NCBI RefSeq assembly: GCF_001194135.2
Contig: NC_068981.1
Coordinates: 91,983,880-92,043,522 of the forward strand
Source of the DNA: Octopus bimaculoides
Taxonomy: Eukaryota
Direction: 5' to 3'
DNA: 59,643 bases
Made by a program: the position numbers and the translations under genes. Shown here one piece after another: positions 50,855-59,643 of this stretch. Position 1 is the first letter of the stretch; the number at the start of each line of letters is the position of its first letter. The notes beneath the pieces are model-generated. The model saw nothing but the letters and a program-made list of their open reading frames with translations. It was not told the origin of the DNA and made no database searches.

Positions 50855-51967
50855 CACAGACATAGACAGGCGTACACACATACACAGACGCACACAAACA
50901 CATATGTATATGCGTGTATGTATCTATATATTGGTGTACGTAGAATTGTGATATGTAGCATGATATATGTCATTCACAATATCGAAATACAGGCTTTTCG
51001 GAATTTCAATTAAAGTAAATGTTTACAAACCTACTTTGGCCTGAAGGATTGGCAATACAAATTTGTGTGTATATGCGCGCGTGTGTGTGTATATGCGTTT
51101 ATATGTGTGTGTGCGTGTGTGTTTGCGCATGTGTGTGTATGTAATACGTATGTGGACGTGTGTTTCTGTGTGTTTTTTCAATATGTTTTATGTTTTGACA
51201 TAAATTGAATGGATAAACTTCAATTAAATTTCGTTTGACTTAGCGTTCTTATTTAAATCTTTATGTCATAAAAGCACAGTACAGCTTACACGTTTTTATT
51301 ATATTTTTTCTGTATTTCTCTGCACTTATTTTTTTTTTCCACTGTTCTCTATTCAAGTATTTTCTACCTATTTGTTTCCCACTCAATCTTTTCAAATACT
51401 CACATTATCACATCTAACAGCTTCTGTCAAGGAATCATTCGATAGGCGCCGCAAAATAAATTTCATATAATTTCTTTCATGCAAAATAAACGTATTCCAG
51501 CACACATACTGAAAGTCACACAGACGCAAACATAAGCCGGTACGCAACCGCACAAAAAACAAATGAAAATAGGCAAATCAAACATTTTCATACTAAACTA
51601 TATAAGAAATTACTTACACTGCAAGAAACTGCTTGACGTACAAACGATTACATGGAAATAACAATATGAGAAAGAAGCTAATAGCTAAACACCAATCTCT
51701 TCCGTTCTTTAATAATTCCCAACAGCAACAATTTAAGTAGCCAGACAAATTAACCTATTCTGAACATTCTAAGACAAAATACATTTACTTCAACAAACTC
51801 AAAAGTGGCAACTGGGCAAAAGTTATTAGAAACTGTCACCTTTCATGGTACAAAATAAATTTATTTGATTCTGCTTTTCATACTAAATGTTTTCTCATTT
51901 AGTCATTTAGTCATAACATTGTGCATTAAGCCAACCTACGCATCATGTATATATGTGATAGTGTGTA

Positions 51968-52014
<47 letters not shown>

Positions 52015-52055
52015 AACACAGTTTTTGGGGAAGAGATCCTTTTTTATACTCTTAT

Positions 52056-52222
52056 GGGCGCTCCAGTAGTTGTGTGGCAGTAGCTTGCTTATCAACCACA
52101 TGGTTCCAGGTTCAGTCCCACTGCGTGGCATCTTGGTTAAATGCCTCCTACTATAGCCTCGGGCAGACCAAAGCTTTGTGAGTGCATTTGATAGACGGAA
52201 ACCAAAAGAAGCCCGTCTCTCT
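52056..52222 (+). mobile_element. SINE family A, 5' half
   Basis: ttgtgtggcagtagcttgc...ggttcagtcccactgcgtggc...aagaagcccgtc. Confidence 0.85.
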
Positions 52223-52239
52223 CTCTATATATATATATA

Positions 52240-52498
52240 TGGGAGAATATACAAATAATAACAACAGACGAGGACAGGTGGTGTAAATAACAAAAGTATA
52301 TATTAGTATGACGCTCGGGAATACGGAAAGTCTCTGACGTTTCGAGCTACGCTCTTCAACAGAAAGAATACGGAGACAAGGAGAAAAACACGGAGAAAAA
52401 AAAATTGAATAGTGTTCAGTCAACGGTCAATCATAATAATGGCCGATCATAACAATGGTTGACCGGAAGTTAGAAATTCTTATTTCAGGAGAACAAAC
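52240..52498 (-). mobile_element. Short repeat with variant hammerhead (family H4) abutting (TA)n
   Basis: Minus strand 52366-52332: CTTT-CTGTTGA-A-GAGC-gta-GCTC-GAAA-CG-TC|AGAG. Confidence 0.55.
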
Positions 52499-53037
52499 NN
52501 NNNNNNNNNNNNNNNNNNNNNNNNNNNNNNNNNNNNNNNNNNNNNNNNNNNNNNNNNNNNNNNNNNNNNNNNNNNNNNNNNNNNNNNNNNNNNNNNNNNN
52601 NNNNNNNNNNNNNNNNNNNNNNNNNNNNNNNNNNNNNNNNNNNNNNNNNNNNNNNNNNNNNNNNNNNNNNNNNNNNNNNNNNNNNNNNNNNNNNNNNNNN
52701 NNNNNNNNNNNNNNNNNNNNNNNNNNNNNNNNNNNNNNNNNNNNNNNNNNNNNNNNNNNNNNNNNNNNNNNNNNNNNNNNNNNNNNNNNNNNNNNNNNNN
52801 NNNNNNNNNNNNNNNNNNNNNNNNNNNNNNNNNNNNNNNNNNNNNNNNNNNNNNNNNNNNNNNNNNNNNNNNNNNNNNNNNNNNNNNNNNNNNNNNNNNN
52901 NNNNNNNNNNNNNNNNNNNNNNNNNNNNNNNNNNNNNNNNNNNNNNNNNNNNNNNNNNNNNNNNNNNNNNNNNNNNNNNNNNNNNNNNNNNNNNNNNNNN
53001 NNNNNNGCAGAACTGGTATATGTATATGTGTATATAT

Positions 53038-53128
53038 ATTCTTTTATTCTTTTATTGGTTTCAGTCATTTGACTGCGGTCATGCTGCAGCACCGCCTTTA
53101 GTCAAACAAATCGATCCCAGGACTTATT

Positions 53129-53165
<37 letters not shown>

Positions 53166-53305
53166 GACGGTCTGTTTTCAGTTTCCCTCTACCAAATCCA
53201 CTCGCAAGGCTGTGGTTGGCCTGAGGCTATAGTAGAAGACACTTGCCCAAGGTGCCTCACAGTGGGACTGGACCTAGAACTATGTATGGTGTAGGTAACC
53301 GGAAC
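53038..53305 (-). mobile_element. SINE family A, internally deleted, head cut at the RTE 3' end
   Basis: Tail and body motifs as in the other family A copies. Confidence 0.8.
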
Positions 53306-53309
53306 CATA

Positions 53310-56090
53310 TATGTTGTGGTTATCCTTTATTCTTGAGAGGATGATGGTCTTCGATCTAGTCCATATTAAATTGGTACATTCGAAGATGGCCGATGAGTCC
53401 AATTCGGGTTTTGAAGGGTCTTCTGCATGTTTGGCAAGTTGTTCCTTGCGGAAGATCTGGTCTGGGTTGGAGTTCCTCTTTCGTCACTTTTCTTCCAGTT
53501 CTTCACATTTGTTTATTTCGAAAGTAGGGGTTTCTTCAAAGATGATGGTTCTCCAGAGGTTACGGTCTTTTGCATTTTATTTCCAGTTGTTAAAGTCTAT
53601 GTTACATTTTTTTTCATGCTGCCGTTCAACAGATCCCTGTATATCTTTTTCTGTCCGCCTTTCTTACTTTTTCCGTCTTTCAGGTGAGGATAGAAGATCT
53701 GTTTTGGTAAACGGTTATCGGACATTCGAACAGTATGCCCATATCATCTCAATTGACTCTTGATGATTTGAGCCTCAACGTTTGTTGTTTTGTGTGCTTT
53801 GAAGACGCTAAACTTTGCTTTTATGTCTTCCCAGCCGATGTTCAGGATACTCCAAAGACGTCTTTGATGAAACGTTTCAAACGTTTTCAGATGGCGACGG
53901 TACGTTTTCCAGGTTTCAGATACGTACAGGAGTGTTGGGATAACCCCTGATTTGAACAAAACTGCTTTGGAACCGGTTCTGATGTCACCGTCTTGAAAGA
54001 TTCTGTCGGGGAGACGGTGAAAGGCAGTTCGATCACTTTTTAGATGAAGCTGAATCTCATCCCTCAGGTCAAGATTTGATGAGGGATGACTTCCAAGATT
54101 AGCAATGTGGTCCACGCATTCAAAAGTTGTTTCTCCGAGATTGAGCGATGATTCCCTTCTGGCTGGTTCATTTGGGGCTGATAGGTACAGAATCTGGTCT
54201 TCTTAGTGTTGACAGTGATATCAAGGACGCTGCATAATTGGCTGAAGACGTTCAAGATCTGCTGAAGGCTCCCCCTCCAAAAGAGCTGTAATACAGTTCT
54301 TATCTGCATATTGCAATTCGATCAAGGAGGTGGAGAATTCGTTTTGGACTTGACACGGGTAAGGCTGAACAGTTTACTTTGGGTTCGATAGACGATTTCG
54401 ATACTTGCTGGAATATCTTTCTTGATGATGTGCAGGTTGGTAGCGATGGAAATGACAGACAGTGTTGGGGCGATTGCACGTTCCTCTTTTATTCTTGTTT
54501 TGATTTGGAAAAGGTCAGATGTTCCTTGATTGACCAGGAGAGTTGCAAATATGCCATCATGGTGGGGGTCTTAGTACAATTTATCTTGGTACTATTCACG
54601 GCATTTTTCTTCGAGTTGACGCAAGGTGAAGATCATATCAATGGCTCCCCGGGATGGTCTAAAACCCGATTCAGTCTCTGAAAGAATTTTCTCAGCCAAT
54701 GCTTTTAAGCGGTTGTTAATAATCTTAGCAAGTACCTAGCCAGCAGTTGCTAAAAAGGATATTCCCTGTAATTTCCACATTCAGATCGTCCTTCCTTCCT
54801 CTCGTAGATCGTTACGCGGGCTGAATATCTGAAGTCAGATGATATCTTTTTGTTAGTTCAAATCCTGACGAAGGGCTGGTGCAAATGCCTGTCCAGCACA
54901 GCAGCCTTGTTGTTCTTCAGGTTCCCCTCCGAAAGAGCTGCAATACATCCTTCACATCAGTAAAGTTTGGTACCTTGCTTAAGAAATCTTCAAAGGGTTG
55001 TTTTGGGGTGAAATCTAGGACGTCACTGTTAAACCTAGGGTCTCGATTAAGCAGCCTTTCGAGGTGCTCACTCCATTTCGAATTGATCTCGACATTATAC
55101 TTAAGGATGGTTGAGCTGTCTTTGCTTTTCAGTGGGACTTGACAATTGGTAGATGGCACGAAGATTGCTTTGGTACCATTAAAAATGTCTCTGGTGTTAT
55201 CAGTACCTGCAAGTTGTTGAATTTCCTTTGCATTGTCCCTTCACCATTGATTTTTCTGCTTTCGAGTGGTTTTCTGAACTTTTGCTTTGCATTCTTGACA
55301 TTCCTTGCGTTTTACAGTGGATCTTTGATAATTTTGGATTTAGATGAAGGCGTTTCTTTTTACACCGATAAGTTGCTTGAGTTGCTCATCGATTTCACCG
55401 AAATGATCTTGATGTTTCTTGGTCTTGAATCCGATAGTTTCTTTGCATATGTCCACAATAGCGATTTTCAGTTGGTTCCAGTGTTCCTCAATGTGCAATG
55501 ACGGTTTCACTTCTAGCCCACTCCCAATTCAGGGTGAGCAAAGTGGATCCTAAATAGGGCTGCTCAGTCGTGAATATAGCTGTCGAGCACCTCCCCTGCT
55601 TCTGTCCAAAAGATGAATGACTGAATTGAATATTCACCGCTTTCTTTCCACTTTTTGACTAGGCGTTCACGGCTATCACATGCTTGATGCCATCACCAGT
55701 CCCTGATCGTCGAAAGACTTGAGAAAATTGTACTAACAGGACGAAGACGCCTGTGAAATAATTTATTTTGCGTATACTTAATGTTATGTTCCAAGAAGTA
55801 CAAGGTCCTTCAGAAATCCATCAACTGGGACCAATGGCATGCTGCACCAAGACGATTGGCGTTAACAGATTCATTGCAGTCTTCATCCGCCTTTACAGCC
55901 ATTGGGTTAGTTCAGAAACAACTTCTTTCTCCTCATCCACCTTTGAGGACTTGATTCTCATTTCAGGTTTCCTGTTGAGCCTTCACGGCTACCGAAGCTG
56001 TCACAAAGCACACGAAATTCACCGTATTTCAGTCCAACAGGCTATCCACTACATGATCCATGTCCAGGGGTTGGACCCAATTATTGCTAA
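53310..56090 (-). pseudogene. RTE-clade (BovB-like) LINE, degraded; RT and C-terminus present, endonuclease apparently absent, putative 5' UTR at about 55500-56090
   Basis: IEEHWNQLKIAIVDICKETIGFKTKKHQD, KWSEHLERLLN, LQYAD, LGSHPSSNLDLRDEI, TLLYVSETWKTYRRHLKTFETFHQRRLWSIL, RMSDNRLPKQIFY, CQTCRRPFKTRIGLIGHLR. The 5' UTR assignment is from recalled similarity only. Confidence 0.88.
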
Positions 56091-57227
56091 ATCACTAGTT
56101 TTGTTATACACAGACACTGATACATAATGTCCATTGGCGAATGAGAAATTTGTATATGCAGTAAATGGGTCGTGTAAGAAAATAGTAATTCATCTCTTTA
56201 TATCGGGGATGTCTGCACAAATTGTGGTATAATTTCCCAATTTTACTTCTAAAGTGAAGGCTGTAAAAATGAATCTCAGTAAGAACAAAGACAGGCACAG
56301 GAGAAAGGTGGTGGCGAACACAGTGCTGAAGGGACTGAACCTCCATCTTTTTAAATTGAAGGATGGACTGATGCCACCTTCATTCAGCAAAAATGTTGAG
56401 ACTGGAGCATTGCTCGAAAGAGGCTTACGGTTTATTGGCAGCGAGGAGGGTAGTTTCTGCATTGAGTTAGTGACAGGGTGTAGTATTATGTGATAGCCAA
56501 GATACATTTCGGAATCTCTTTTTCTAGGTTTTGTACGAACAAAAAGGAATTTACCTGGTTAGGGAGAATTTCATGGCTGAAGATGTAGTTACACTGACAG
56601 TTTTGTTGGTTTGTTAATTGTTATTACTGAATGTTTTCCAGTTTCCAGAACTGGTGGAAAAATTCTTCCTGGGGCTGTTGGTTTTGTTTTTGCTTTTGTT
56701 CTCGCTGGATGCTTTCTTGTTACCTGGGTTGTGGGAAAAGTACATGTGAGTATTGCTGTAACAGGGTGTGCTTTATGGAGATTTTGCGGGTAGGTGGAAG
56801 AGATGTTTATGATTGTACTTCGAGTCAGAGGAGATGCATGAACATACAATCTTGCTGCAGACATAAGCCCTAGCAGAATTTAGGTTTAGGAATTGATTTT
56901 GATTTTGGTATTGGTGCTGCTGTAGCAGAAGATAGATGGTTGGGTTTGCTTTTATTAATTGACCGTCTTGTCAATTGTAGATGAATAAAACTGTATTAAC
57001 TGTATGGGCATAGTATCACGAGTAAAAAATGGCGACATTATTTTAAAATTTTGTTGTAGATGTGTGTTTGAAGGAGTAATTGGTTGTTGTTTCAGGTTTA
57101 GATTTAGTTGAATTTGACGAGATTGGGGTATTTGGGGGTTGCAGAGAGGGAAAGTAGGCGTGAGTGAGATTAGTCAAAGGCGGAGGAAGATGCGGTTGTA
57201 CCTGGTGAATGAGCCATGTCATAGCTG

Positions 57228-57482
<255 letters not shown>

Positions 57483-57812
57483 AAAAAGAAGAAAAGGTTG
57501 TAGTTTTAGTACTAGTCGAAGATGACGGTAGAAGTAATGACGTTGTCGATGATGATGGTATTTTGCCATTTCTTCTGGGGTGGCTTAGAAGACTCTGTTA
57601 TTGTGATCGTCTTTGAGGCTGCTATTACTGTTGTGGTACGTGTAATTTTATTGTTTCTGTTACTGGTGTGGTTGTTGGAAAGATTTAAGCGATGCTATCC
57701 CCGTGATTAATTATGATACAATATGAAGAAGTAATTTCCTTCAGTTCATTTTGAATTTGTGTCTCTCTCTTTCGTTGTCTCTCTATCTCTCTGTCTCCAT
57801 CTAACTCTCTCC

Positions 57813-57854
<42 letters not shown>

Positions 57855-57860
57855 GTATAT

Positions 57861-58841
57861 NNNNNNNNNNNNNNNNNNNNNNNNNNNNNNNNNNNNNNNN
57901 NNNNNNNNNNNNNNNNNNNNNNNNNNNNNNNNNNNNNNNNNNNNNNNNNNNNNNNNNNNNNNNNNNNNNNNNNNNNNNNNNNNNNNNNNNNNNNNNNNNN
58001 NNNNNNNNNNNNNNNNNNNNNNNNNNNNNNNNNNNNNNNNNNNNNNNNNNNNNNNNNNNNNNNNNNNNNNNNNNNNNNNNNNNNNNNNNNNNNNNNNNNN
58101 NNNNNNNNNNNNNNNNNNNNNNNNNNNNNNNNNNNNNNNNNNNNNNNNNNNNNNNNNNNNNNNNNNNNNNNNNNNNNNNNNNNNNNNNNNNNNNNNNNNN
58201 NNNNNNNNNNNNNNNNNNNNNNNNNNNNNNNNNNNNNNNNNNNNNNNNNNNNNNNNNNNNNNNNNNNNNNNNNNNNNNNNNNNNNNNNNNNNNNNNNNNN
58301 NNNNNNNNNNNNNNNNNNNNNNNNNNNNNNNNNNNNNNNNNNNNNNNNNNNNNNNNNNNNNNNNNNNNNNNNNNNNNNNNNNNNNNNNNNNNNNNNNNNN
58401 NNNNNNNNNNNNNNNNNNNNNNNNNNNNNNNNNNNNNNNNNNNNNNNNNNNNNNNNNNNNNNNNNNNNNNNNNNNNNNNNNNNNNNNNNNNNNNNNNNNN
58501 NNNNNNNNNNNNNNNNNNNNNNNNNNNNNNNNNNNNNNNNNNNNNNNNNNNNNNNNNNNNNNNNNNNNNNNNNNNNNNNNNNNNNNNNNNNNNNNNNNNN
58601 NNNNNNNNNNNNNNNNNNNNNNNNNNNNNNNNNNNNNNNNNNNNNNNNNNNNNNNNNNNNNNNNNNNNNNNNNNNNNNNNNNNNNNNNNNNNNNNNNNNN
58701 NNNNNNNNNNNNNNNNNNNNNNNNNNNNNNNNNNNNNNNNNNNNNNNNNNNNNNNNNNNNNNNNNNNNNNNNNNNNNNNNNNNNNNNNNNNNNNNNNNNN
58801 NNNNNNNNNNNNNNNNNNNNNNNNNNNNNNNNNNNNNNNNN
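57861..58841. other. Assembly gap (largest of many N-runs, most flanked by microsatellites)
   Basis: N-run. Others at about 2133-2751, 7964-8057, 9480-9548, 14522-14961, 19663-19884, 24240-24398, 34310-34433, 39700-39770, 40951-41133, 42085-42355, 47845-47914, 48741-49062, 49651-50254 and 52499-53005. Confidence 1.
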
Positions 58842-58874
<33 letters not shown>

Positions 58875-58929
58875 CTTCTACTGTCATCTTCGACTTGTAC
58901 TAAATCTACAACCTTTTCTTCTTTCTCTA

Positions 58930-58989
<60 letters not shown>

Positions 58990-59454
58990 AGCTATGACAT
59001 CTCTCATTTGGTTGTATATATCTATATATACACATACATACATATACATATACATATACAAACAAGATTAGACATTGTATATAAGAATGTATATTCCTAT
59101 GTAGAAGACGTCTATATATATATATATGTATGTATGGATATGCATATACATGTGTGTGTGCGCGTGTGAGCGTGTGTGGGTACGTATTATATACGTGTGC
59201 CTCTGTACGTTTCTTGAAAGAAAAAAAAATGTATAGCTAAAAAAAGCCATCGACATATTCAAGTAAGTACGATGCACTTGATAATATATGATGTTCATTA
59301 TTTCAAAGTGAATATGAAAGGTCATGACAGAAATAATGAAAGACGCAATTTAGAAACATTGAAATTGGAAATTGTCATTCCTTAAATGCCATCCAACTAC
59401 CTCCCTACTGAACTAGTTCTCCTTCCTTCTGTCTATGAATCTGTCTGTAAAATT

Positions 59455-59497
59455 ATGTATGTATGTGCCTGTTTGTCTGTCTGTCTATCCTATCTGC

Positions 59498-59565
<68 letters not shown>

Positions 59566-59586
59566 ATATCTATCTATCTCACTATC

Positions 59587-59639
<53 letters not shown>

Positions 59640-59643
59640 ATAT
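59455..59643. repeat. (TGTC)n/(TCTA)n microsatellite
   Basis: Directly visible. Confidence 0.95.

Overview
AT-rich, microsatellite-dense animal genomic DNA from a fragmented short-read assembly; most N-gaps sit at a simple repeat. The tRNA-derived SINE families, the Tc1/mariner transposase remnant and the RTE/CR1-like LINE peptides resemble those I recall from Octopus (coleoid cephalopod) genomes; this is a recognition-based inference, not a database result. I cannot support any host protein-coding gene: most listed ORFs are microsatellite, gap or shadow artefacts, and the real coding remnants are decayed transposons (CR1-group RT, four RTE fragments, an R4/Dong-like RT fragment, two Tc1/mariner remnants, a Penelope-like ORF start). 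The most notable signal is a set of eight type I hammerhead-ribozyme (HHR) motifs from about five unrelated short repeat families, most with a minimal palindromic stem III. One family joins a Pol III tRNA head, an (AAT)n spacer and a Penelope-type HHR tail, and one copy has a 5' inverted segment that begins exactly at the predicted self-cleavage site. Another family shows compensatory change in stem III between two divergent copies.
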